DNA from: Patescibacteria group bacterium
GTDB lineage: Bacteria > Patescibacteriota > Patescibacteriia > UBA9934 > GWF2-40-263
Assembly: GCA_004297215.1 (NCBI GenBank)
Contig: SCUM01000001.1
Coordinates: forward strand, 481,181 to 545,180
Length of the DNA: 64,000 nt
Direction: 5' to 3'
The position numbers and the translations under genes were made by a program. Every line of letters starts with the position of its first letter. Position 1 is the first letter of the stretch. This document shows, piece after piece, positions 38,521-46,605 of this stretch. The notes under the pieces are model-generated. The model did no database searches. It was not told the origin of the DNA and saw nothing but the letters and a program-made list of their open reading frames with translations.

Positions 38521-39843
38521 CTACCGAACCGCCATTACCAGCCTCCCAGCCGCGCGCTCCAGCTCTTCGCGCACGGACATGTTCCAGGTCGGGACGAGAT
38601 GCGCGGCTCTCGTGAGGGCATTCACGGCGTCGGCCAGCGTGTCGCCGGGCTCCTGCTTCCAGGCGTCGACGAGGGCGTTCACGACGGCGTCGCCGTCGCG
38701 TTCTCCGGGGACGACGACCTCCCTCGTCTCGACCCAGCGCTTGAACGTCGCCAACGGCTCGACCTTGAGCGTGCGGGCGTGGCCCCACGCGTCGAGGAAG
38801 AACCCGATCTTGGAGCGAGCCGCCTCGACGGCGACGGGGAGCGCGGCGCGGATGCGCTCGCGGTCGCCGCGGTGCACCTGGCTCGTGGTCTCGACGTCGC
38901 CCTCGGCCACGATGATGAGGTTGAGGCAGAGGTTTCGCAGTACGACAGCCGTGACGCGGATGCGCCCGCGTCCGGTGTCGTCGCACTCGAGCCTCACGCC
39001 GACGCGGAAGACGTCGCCTGCGGCGAGGTCGACGACATGCTCGGGCATCCACAGCGCCGTCGCCGTCAAACGTGCGTCCTCGTACAGCAGCTCGACGCGC
39101 GCATCGGCGAGCGCGGGCATCGCTGCCGTCACCACCTCATTCGCGTCGACGGAGGCGTACGTCGGCGTGACGACGGCGAAGGCCGACCTCCCACCGTCGT
39201 TCCGCCTGGTCCGGAGCACCACCGGCCGGGAGCTGCGCAGCTTGATCTGGGCGTTCACGTTCCTCGCGCGCAGCTCCGGCGTGCACAGCTCGGCGAGGTA
39301 CTTGGCTCCCGCGCCGAACCCGAGGTGCTGGCAGAACGCCTGGAACGGCCGCGCTTCGAGGTTCATCGAGGCGCCGTCGGCGTAGCAGAGGCGGCCGTCG
39401 GGTTGGAGCCACAGCTCCTCGGGCTTCACGGTGATGTCGCTGCGCCTCTCGTTGCGGATCCGCTCGACGAGCGCAGCGGCGGCCATCGGGAAGAGCGGGA
39501 GCGCTTCGACCTGCTCGCGCTCGACGCGGAAGTTGCGGTCCCCGAGCTCGACGACGCGCGTACCGGGCGCGAACAGCGGCGGAGGCAGGGCGAACCCGCT
39601 GCCGACGAGTTGGCGCTCCTGCTCCTCGATGCGCTCCTTCGCGACGAGCGAGAGCTTGCCGGCGGCGGTCGTCGCGGGGGCGAGGAGCGCGACCGCCTCG
39701 GCCGCTTCCTCCTCGTCCTTCACCGACACCAGCGCAGCGGTCTGGTCGCCCGCCTCTCGTGCCTGCCAGTACGTGCGCATGGCATCGGCCTGCTGTTCAT
39801 CCTGAATGAGCGTGGTCTCTCCAGCGATCGTGAGACTGAGCAT
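38521..39843 (-). CDS. Hypothetical protein (mobile-element-associated; possibly DUF932-like).
   Basis: 440 aa. RBS gaggag precedes the start. No confident family. Confidence 0.45.
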   Translation of the reverse strand: MLSLTIAGETTLIQDEQQADAMRTYWQAREAGDQTAALVSVKDEEEAAEAVALLAPATTAAGKLSLVAKERIEEQERQLVGSGFALPPPLFAPGTRVVELGDRNFRVEREQVEALPLFPMAAAALVERIRNERRSDITVKPEELWLQPDGRLCYADGASMNLEARPFQAFCQHLGFGAGAKYLAELCTPELRARNVNAQIKLRSSRPVVLRTRRNDGGRSAFAVVTPTYASVDANEVVTAAMPALADARVELLYEDARLTATALWMPEHVVDLAAGDVFRVGVRLECDDTGRGRIRVTAVVLRNLCLNLIIVAEGDVETTSQVHRGDRERIRAALPVAVEAARSKIGFFLDAWGHARTLKVEPLATFKRWVETREVVVPGERDGDAVVNALVDAWKQEPGDTLADAVNALTRAAHLVPTWNMSVREELERAAGRLVMAVR

Positions 39844-40050
39844 GTCGTTCTCCTCGTTGCCGGCTTTGCTTCATGCAGAGACCGGAGGGCGCCCTCGACT
39901 CGGTTGGTCGTCGAGGTACGCCCTGCGATCTCCGTGACCGTCTCCCCCGCCGACGTAGCGGCCGTGCACCGCAACATCGGAGTCCGTCCCATCGCGCACG
40001 GCGACGGGAGCGGAGCAGCCACCTCGGGTCTCCGGGGGCCGCGGGGAGGG

Positions 40051-40212
40051 TCAGGCTTTGCAGCGAGAGCAGCGGGCGATACCGGTGCCGTCGACGGCGT
40101 GCTCGGCGTCGAGACGTCGGCGGCAGTCGCGGCAGCGGCCCGAGAGCATGCGCCGCACGCGGCGCCAGCGACGCATCCGCGCCTTCGCCGACGGGCGCTT
40201 CCTCGTCGTCAT
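40051..40212 (-). CDS. Small zinc-ribbon protein (53 aa; CxxC…CxxC).
   Basis: MTTRKRPSAKARMRRWRRVRRMLSGRCRDCRRRLDAEHAVDGTGIARCSRCKA. ATGA-coupled to the upstream mini-gene. Confidence 0.35.
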   Translation of the reverse strand: MTTRKRPSAKARMRRWRRVRRMLSGRCRDCRRRLDAEHAVDGTGIARCSRCKA

Positions 40213-40364
40213 ACGTTGCCGACCCGCTTGCAGCACCAGTAGCAGCGGGGCTTGCCAGCGACGGACTTGTACGGCCCGGTGATCTTCGCCTTGCACAGGC
40301 CGCACTTGGGTTTCGGCCGGTGGAACCGCTGGAATCCACGTCGGGGGGAGTACACGAAGCGCAT
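40209..40364 (-). CDS. Small zinc-ribbon protein (51 aa; CxxC…CxxCC).
   Basis: MRFVYSPRRGFQRFHRPKPKCGLCKAKITGPYKSVAGKPRCYWCCKRVGNV. Below the ORF-track size cutoff. Confidence 0.35.
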   Translation of the reverse strand: MRFVYSPRRGFQRFHRPKPKCGLCKAKITGPYKSVAGKPRCYWCCKRVGNV

Positions 40365-40380
40365 ATGGTCGGTGGTGAGG

Positions 40381-41220
40381 TCAGAACAAAGGCTGCTGAT
40401 CGTCGTCGACGGCCGACGTGTGCCAGACGGGGCCGAGGAGCTTCGCCGGCTCCTTGATGTCCGCGGCCTCGGCGAGGAGTGCGAACCAGAACAGGCGGGA
40501 GGTCGCTCCAGGGAGCGCGGCGCGCGCCGCCGCCCGAAGGCGATCGAGCCTGGGCTTCGTCGTCGTGAGGGTCAGCACCCGGTGCGATGCGCATCCCCCG
40601 AAGGCGAGCGCCCGCGTTCGCCTGGAGCGCCAGTACGCGGCGTATCGGTCGGCCATCCTCTTGGGCGCCACCGTCCCCATGTCAATCTCGACGTCGAACG
40701 CGTGGGCTTGCCCGCCGTGCTGGAGCGTGACGGAGGCGTCGGGGACGACGCGGACGCGACTGGCGTTCCAGCCCTCGCTCGGGGCACGGAACTCGACCTC
40801 CTCGGGAACCTGCTTCCAGCAGAGGAGTCCCACGTCGCGCGCGAGGTCGCGGTCGAGCGTCGTGAGCGCGAGGCGGAGGTCGTTGCGGCGCAGCGTATGG
40901 TCGAGGAACAGGCCGCTGCGCCGCTCGGACTCGGACACCGTCCGGCGCTCCGCCTCGGGACGCGTCTGCTCGAGGGCGCGGGATCCCTTCCTCGAGAGCG
41001 CCCACACCGTGCAGCTGCGCCGGTCGTATGGCCGCACCGGCATGAACACCTTGGTGACGAGCGACGAGGCGTGCAGGCGACGCAACCGCGCGGACGCGGC
41101 CTCCTCGGTCGGGAACCAGAGCGTCGCGAGCTGCGGCGTGGTCGCGAAGCGGCATGCGCCCAGCGTCGAGAGCACGTCGAGGTCGCGTTCGGTCGTGAGC
41201 AGCGTGATGGGCTTGCTCAT
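40381..41220 (-). CDS. Replication-relaxation family protein (Replic_Relax).
   Basis: MSKPITLLTTERDLDVLSTLGACRFATTPQLATLWF…, 279 aa. The ORF-track N-terminal extension is an out-of-frame shadow. Confidence 0.6.
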   Translation of the reverse strand: MSKPITLLTTERDLDVLSTLGACRFATTPQLATLWFPTEEAASARLRRLHASSLVTKVFMPVRPYDRRSCTVWALSRKGSRALEQTRPEAERRTVSESERRSGLFLDHTLRRNDLRLALTTLDRDLARDVGLLCWKQVPEEVEFRAPSEGWNASRVRVVPDASVTLQHGGQAHAFDVEIDMGTVAPKRMADRYAAYWRSRRTRALAFGGCASHRVLTLTTTKPRLDRLRAAARAALPGATSRLFWFALLAEAADIKEPAKLLGPVWHTSAVDDDQQPLF

Positions 41221-41780
41221 ACGGGGAGGTTGGATTCGAGCCGGGCAAGCACCTGCTCTTCGAGGACGAGGACGCCGCAGAGCACGGCGAGGAACAGGCG
41301 CGAGTGGTACCGGTCCTTCCCGTTGCGCTCGCGGCTGCCGGCCTCTTCGTCGAGGCGCGAGGCGAGCTCCGGGAACAGCTCGATGGCCGCGTGCGCCACG
41401 GCGAGGTTCGTCGCGAGCCCGGCCTTGGCGCGCACCATGGCCTTCGCGCGGACGTGCTGCGCGAGGCGCTTCTCGATGGCGATGCCGCGCCGGCCCGCCT
41501 CGCTCTCGATGAGTGCCAGTTGGGCGTCCATGGTCGCGTTCGTGTCCTTGGGCTTCTGGGTGACGACGGCGATCGTGGTGACCCGTCCCTCGTCGAGGAT
41601 CTCCCCGATCTGGGCGCCGAACTTTTGCTCGCGTCCCGACGCCGACGGGAGCTTGCGGACGTTCAGGACGAACTGGTCGAGGAGCCGCTCCGAGGTGACG
41701 AGAGCGAAGCCTACTTCCCGGCCGCTGGGTGCGATTGCCAGGCAAGTGGGCGTGCATGGCACGCGGCGCACGGGCCTCAT
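41217..41780 (-). CDS. Hypothetical protein.
   Basis: Coherent from MRPVRRVPCTPTCLAIAPSGREVGFALVTSERLLDQ… ATGA overlaps on both sides. Confidence 0.35.
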   Translation of the reverse strand: MRPVRRVPCTPTCLAIAPSGREVGFALVTSERLLDQFVLNVRKLPSASGREQKFGAQIGEILDEGRVTTIAVVTQKPKDTNATMDAQLALIESEAGRRGIAIEKRLAQHVRAKAMVRAKAGLATNLAVAHAAIELFPELASRLDEEAGSRERNGKDRYHSRLFLAVLCGVLVLEEQVLARLESNLPV

Positions 41781-42139
41781 ACCGAGAGGCCGCCCTCCTC
41801 GTCGTACAGCACCTCCTCGAACGCGGCGGTGAGGTCGTGCAGCACCACGAGCGGCGCCATATGGAACGAGCAGACGGGTGTGAGCGCGTCCTCGACGAGC
41901 GCACCGGCAGCAGCGTCGACGGCGATGAGCACCACGCGGTTGGGCCATCGGGCCTCCAGCATGCCGGTGACGGCCTGGGCAAGACGCTCGATCGACGGCT
42001 GGTCACGCGGCGCGACGACGAGGAACACCTTGCCGCCGGCTGCGGAACTCCGGGAGAAGATGACGCGTTCTGCCGTGACAGCGATGACGAGGTCGACCTC
42101 CTCGCCTGTCGCGGTCGCCGGTGATGTCGTGGGTTTCAT
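41777..42139 (-). CDS. Hypothetical protein.
   Basis: MKPTTSPATATGEEVDLVIAVTAERVIFSRS…; first gene of the minus-strand operon. Confidence 0.3.
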   Translation of the reverse strand: MKPTTSPATATGEEVDLVIAVTAERVIFSRSSAAGGKVFLVVAPRDQPSIERLAQAVTGMLEARWPNRVVLIAVDAAAGALVEDALTPVCSFHMAPLVVLHDLTAAFEEVLYDEEGGLSV

Positions 42140-42548
42140 ACCCCGACATCGTCCCAACGATCGCCAATCCCATTCAGGCGGTGCCGTATCGCCCCCGAGC
42201 TATGCGCCCCTGTGGATTGCCCCCTTGGATCCCCCTATCACTAAATTACTAATAGTCACCTGAGAGAGATGGCTGGAGAGGAATGGAGGGTGCAGGGAGG
42301 AAGGGGAGGAGAAAGGGAGAGACCGACAACTTCCTCGATCCACAGGCCGTCCGTCCGTCGATGGAAGATGGACACATCAGCGTGGACAACGTCCTCGACC
42401 GTTGGATGGGGCAGTCGCCATGCCGGGCCGCACCCACGGTCTGGGCACGGGTCCGAGGACGACAAGAAGACATGGCGTTGAAGCCATGTCCGTCATCCTC
42501 ATCAACGCTCATGTTGCTGGTACGATATCGGCAACTAATCGTCGACGT

Positions 42549-42818
42549 ATGTCACGAACAATCCGATATCGGAACGCCATCAAGTCCCTGCGGCTCCTGA
42601 AGAAGCTGCGCCAGCGCGACCTGGCAGAGCGTGCAGGCTGCGTCCAGGCCGACATCTCGAAGTATGAGCACGGACGCACGGTGCCAGACCTGCTCATGGC
42701 CATGAAGATCGCCACGGCGCTCGGTGCCCCCGTGGAGCGCGTGTTCTACGACGTGAGCGACGTGGCCGTCGCAGAGGTCGGCGAGAACATCCTTGGCGCG
42801 CAATCTCCTCCAGCCTGA
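42549..42818 (+). CDS. XRE-family helix-turn-helix transcriptional regulator.
   Basis: MSRTIRYRNAIKSLRLLKKLRQRDLAERAGCVQADISKYEHGRTVPDLLMAMKIATALGAPVERVF; diverges from the minus-strand operon. Confidence 0.7.
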   Translation: MSRTIRYRNAIKSLRLLKKLRQRDLAERAGCVQADISKYEHGRTVPDLLMAMKIATALGAPVERVFYDVSDVAVAEVGENILGAQSPPA

Positions 42819-42879
42819 GCAGGGAGGCCCATGCGGGGCACGCTGGATTACGTCGGCACTTCGTCGACGTGGAGGAGAC

Positions 42880-43575
42880 ATGAACCAGCCGCTCACCGTG
42901 AAGATCCCGATCAAGGACCGCGACGGCCGCGTCGTCGGCGAAAAGGAGGTCGCCACCTTCGCCGGCTTGCTCAACCGCGCCCATGAGGAAGGGCTCAAGC
43001 GCATCGAGACCAAGGTCGTGCAGTTTCCGCATCCGGACAACGGCGAGACGGCCGTCGTCGTGGCCGTGGTCGAGACCGCGAAGGGCACGTTCTCCGGCAT
43101 CGGCGACGCGAACCCCGGCAACGTGAACCGACGCATCGCAAGCTGCCTCATCCGCATGGCAGAGACGCGAGCCAAGGCCCGCGCGTTGCGCGACGCCGTG
43201 AACGTCGGCGTGCTCGCCGCCGAAGAACTCGGCGACGACGGGGACGGCGCAGAGCCCCCACCCAGGCGCGCGAGCGGCCAAGCGCGTCAGCAGCCGCCGC
43301 GGACGTCGGCGAACGGGCACCGCGAGCGCGAGCTCGGCGACGACGGCAACCACTCGGGCAACGGCCGCGACGACCTGATGACCGTGCCCCAGCGGCGGAT
43401 GCTGTACCGCCTCCTCTCCGAGCGCGGCTGCGAAGGCGAGGAGGCCACCGTGAAGCTGCGGGAGGCCGCGGGCGTCGAGTCGACCACGCAGATTTCGAAG
43501 TCGACGGCCAGCCGTCTCATCGAGCGGTACCAGAGCGAGCGTGACCGCCCGACAGAGAACGGTCACGCGAGGTGA
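42880..43575 (+). CDS. Hypothetical protein.
   Basis: MNQPLTVKIPIKDRDGRVVGEKEV…; acidic/Gly-rich linker; no family recognised. Confidence 0.4.
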   Translation: MNQPLTVKIPIKDRDGRVVGEKEVATFAGLLNRAHEEGLKRIETKVVQFPHPDNGETAVVVAVVETAKGTFSGIGDANPGNVNRRIASCLIRMAETRAKARALRDAVNVGVLAAEELGDDGDGAEPPPRRASGQARQQPPRTSANGHRERELGDDGNHSGNGRDDLMTVPQRRMLYRLLSERGCEGEEATVKLREAAGVESTTQISKSTASRLIERYQSERDRPTENGHAR

Positions 43576-43649
43576 CCACCAGCAAGAGGACTCGTGGCGC
43601 TGAGCGATCCCCTCGTTTTTCGCGATTGCGTAGCCCGTGAGGATGCAAC

Positions 43650-45010
43650 CGGTACGATGTCGGACAGGTCGACCCGAACCTCGGTGAGCGGGTAGCCTTG
43701 CATGGCCGTGACGATGGCACGTCGCACCGGCGCCATCGATCGGACGCCCGATCGATGCTTGCCACTGCGGCCCGTCGTATGCGGCGCCATGAAGAACCGC
43801 GCCCGCAAGAACGACAAGTCCGTGACCACGACCCAAGTCCACCAGTTCGTGCAGGGGATCCTCGAGGAGGATTTGCACGCTCGACGCGTCCTGTCGCTCG
43901 CGAACGCCGTGACCGGCGCCGTCCATGCGGCGGCGCTCTCGATCCACGCGATCGGTGCGGCGCTCGCGGCGGCGTCGGACCTCAACAAGAAGCACGCGGT
44001 CAAGCAGGTCGACCGCATGCTGAGCAACGCCGGGATCGCCATCGAGGAGCTCTTCCCTGTGTGGGTCGCGTTCGTGCTCGGAGTGCGCAAGAAGATTCGC
44101 ATCGCGCTCGACTGGACCGACTTCGAAAAGGACGACCAGGTCACGCTGGCGGCGTATCTGATCACGGAACACCACCGCGCGACGCCGCTGGTCTGGAAGA
44201 CCTACGCGAAGTCGACCCTCCGTGGAAACCAGTCGGACTACGAAGCGGAGTTCATCGACCTGCTGGACCGCGTGATTCCCGAAAGAGCCGAGGTCACGAT
44301 CGTCGCTGACCGCGGCTTCGCCAGCGTCGAGCGCTACGGCCACCTCGACTTCCTGGGCTTCAAGTACGTCATCCGATTTCGCGGAGAGATCCAGGTGACG
44401 GACGCGGAAGGGACCACGCAGACCGGGAACCAGTGGGTGCCGCCCAAGGGGCGGGTGCGCCGAATCGAGGATGCGCGCGTGACGGCGGCCAAGGGCGTCG
44501 TGCCCGTCGTCATCTGCGTGAAGAAGGCGAAGATGAAGGACTCGTGGTGCTTGGCGACGAACCATGCGGAGCTGACGAGCGCCGAGATCATCAACTTGTA
44601 CGGCCGGCGGTTCACGATCGAGGAGACGTTCCGCGACGTGAAGGACCAGCGCTTCGGCATGGGGCTCAGGGCGACGTCGATTCGCCAGCCCGAACGACGT
44701 GATCGCTTGTTGTTCGTCGCGGCGCTCGCGCACGCGCTTCTCAGCCTGCTCGGCGCGGCTGGGGAACGGCTGGGCCTCGACCGGATGTTGAAGGTGAACA
44801 CGTCGAAGACGCGACAGCTCTCGCTCTATCGCCAGGGGCTCTTTTGGTATCAGGCGCTGCCGAACATGCGGGAGGAGCGCTTTGCCGCACTGATGACCGC
44901 CTATTCCGAGATTATTCAGGAGCATGCCGTCATGCGGAGAGTGTTCGGTGTTCTGTGATGGAAACGAGGGGATGGTTCAGCTCGTGGCGAGAACTCTCAG
45001 TGACGCAGGC
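43650..45010 (+). mobile_element. IS4-family insertion sequence; ends approximate, terminal inverted repeats not resolved.
   Basis: A single transposase ORF that interrupts the element's gene array. Confidence 0.45.
43702..44958 (+). CDS. IS4-family DDE transposase.
   Basis: DDE triad contexts IALDWTDF, VADRGFAS, YGRRFTIEETFRDVK. 418 aa. Confidence 0.75.
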   Translation: MAVTMARRTGAIDRTPDRCLPLRPVVCGAMKNRARKNDKSVTTTQVHQFVQGILEEDLHARRVLSLANAVTGAVHAAALSIHAIGAALAAASDLNKKHAVKQVDRMLSNAGIAIEELFPVWVAFVLGVRKKIRIALDWTDFEKDDQVTLAAYLITEHHRATPLVWKTYAKSTLRGNQSDYEAEFIDLLDRVIPERAEVTIVADRGFASVERYGHLDFLGFKYVIRFRGEIQVTDAEGTTQTGNQWVPPKGRVRRIEDARVTAAKGVVPVVICVKKAKMKDSWCLATNHAELTSAEIINLYGRRFTIEETFRDVKDQRFGMGLRATSIRQPERRDRLLFVAALAHALLSLLGAAGERLGLDRMLKVNTSKTRQLSLYRQGLFWYQALPNMREERFAALMTAYSEIIQEHAVMRRVFGVL

Positions 45011-45087
45011 GCACTGAGAACTGAGACCGCCTTGCCGCCTTGCTCGCCGACTTCCATTGGAGTCGGTTTTTCAGACAGAAGTCTGCT

Positions 45088-45609
45088 CTACTTCGTTTTC
45101 TTCTTTCCTGACTTCCCCCCTCTCGTTGGCGAAGAATCCTCCGTCTGCTTTTCAGCGGCCTTCCGGTCTGCAACCGCTAGGTGATGGAGGTGCTTCGCAT
45201 AGCGTGCGAGCGCTTTCTCCTCGTCGACGTCGGTCTTCTCGGCCATGACCATGCCTTTTTGGGGATTGGTCAGACCAAAGCACCATAGCTCCCCGTCGAC
45301 TTCGAGCCGCGCTGTGAACCGATGCCGGTAGATGCAGACCGCAACCGTGTTGCGACTGTTGGATAGCTGCTCCGCTAGATCGACAATCCGCATGCGGTGT
45401 CGCGGGGCCTTGATGAGGAGAGCAAGAATTCGTTTCGCTAACGGCTGCCCTGGCTCCCCACGCAGATAGCCGAGCGCCTCCTGCACCGCCCGAATCATCT
45501 TGTCGGTGACCTTGAGCTCGTCTCGCGACTTCGCGATGCGAGCCTCTATCTCAAGACGAAGCGCCAGCTGCTGATCCAGCTCTGCTTCGAGTTCCTCGAT
45601 CGTCTTCAC
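45088..45609 (-). CDS. Hypothetical protein (N-terminal coiled coil).
   Basis: MKTIEELEAELDQQLALRLEIEARIAKSRDELK…; Lys-rich C-terminus. Confidence 0.4.
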   Translation of the reverse strand: MKTIEELEAELDQQLALRLEIEARIAKSRDELKVTDKMIRAVQEALGYLRGEPGQPLAKRILALLIKAPRHRMRIVDLAEQLSNSRNTVAVCIYRHRFTARLEVDGELWCFGLTNPQKGMVMAEKTDVDEEKALARYAKHLHHLAVADRKAAEKQTEDSSPTRGGKSGKKKTK

Positions 45610-45624
45610 CGGGCGGAGTCTCTC

Positions 45625-45700
45625 TCAAGTCGCAAGGAAGCTCAATGACGAGACATCACACATGTATCCTACATGTAATATCCCATGTAATGTTTCTTGT
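45625..45700. promoter_or_regulatory. AT-rich divergent promoter region with direct repeats.
   Basis: tacatgtaatatcccatgtaatg contains catgtaat twice, followed by ttgacaacatgacagcatg; lies between divergent genes. Confidence 0.3.
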
Positions 45701-46515
45701 TTGACAACATGACAGCATGGGCAGCGCAAGATGAAAAACGCGCCCAGGCGGGCGCGAAGGAGGGGAGGCAGCGAGTGATTAGTGACGGGGTCGACAGCCA
45801 GCGGTGGACGCCGCCCGGTTGCCCGGCCCGCCAACAAGCGCGGAGGACGCGCATGTCGAAGAGAGACCATCGGCCCCGTCGGCCACGGCCCAAGCAAAGG
45901 CCGTCGACGACAGGGGCCGAAGCAATCCCTCCCCAAGGTGCCTTGGGGCATGGATCCCGTCAAGACGACGTCGCCTCCAGAGCGCGAACGCTAGTCACAT
46001 TTGATGAAGTCGCGCGGCTCCTGGAAGCGGCGCATCTGCCGACCTCGTCGGGCGCTCACGACAATGTGGCGCTCGCCGCAGCCTTCCTTGCGGAAGGCAT
46101 GGCCCGGCTCATCGTCACAGTGATTACCCGTGCCGCTCGCTCGGGCCCGATGCCGCTCGACAATCCCCACGCTCTGCACCCCGCAGAGGAGCGCATGGTC
46201 GCCGGCGGCTATGCGTTCGATCTCCGCTCTGGCGTCGCATTCGCGCTCGACGGGTCGCGACCGCCCATCAAGTTGAAGCCGGCGATCCATCAGCTCCTCC
46301 GCTTCCTGTGGCTGCGCCCCTCGCGTGGGGCGACAAGCGCGGAGATTCACGATCACCTCCGCGCGCTCGGCGTGTACGGCGGAGACATTGAGAACGTGAG
46401 AAAGATCGTGGATCAGTTCCGGCGCGAACTTGGCCTTGGGCCTCGGGACGTCCTCGTCGGGCGCGCGGGGACCAAGGGCGGCGGATTCGACCTGGCTCCC
46501 GAGGACACGGCGTAG
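45697..46515 (+). CDS. Hypothetical DNA-binding protein with an OmpR/PhoB-type winged-helix C-terminal domain.
   Basis: QLLRFLWLRPSRGATSAEIHDHL…VRKIVDQFRRELG; start uncertain. Confidence 0.4.
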   Translation: MFDNMTAWAAQDEKRAQAGAKEGRQRVISDGVDSQRWTPPGCPARQQARRTRMSKRDHRPRRPRPKQRPSTTGAEAIPPQGALGHGSRQDDVASRARTLVTFDEVARLLEAAHLPTSSGAHDNVALAAAFLAEGMARLIVTVITRAARSGPMPLDNPHALHPAEERMVAGGYAFDLRSGVAFALDGSRPPIKLKPAIHQLLRFLWLRPSRGATSAEIHDHLRALGVYGGDIENVRKIVDQFRRELGLGPRDVLVGRAGTKGGGFDLAPEDTA

Positions 46516-46605
46516 TCCCGAGGTGCGCACCCGATCCGGACGAGGTTTCTCTCGGGTGCTTCTGGATCGTGCGCGCGATGGATCTGTCTTCACCGGAGGC
46601 AGACC

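Noticed and set aside
39720-40022. 100-aa minus-strand ORF upstream of the DUF932-like gene.
   Set aside because: Overlaps the start and RBS of 38521-39843 in another frame; Arg/Thr-rich with no coupling signal; probably spurious.
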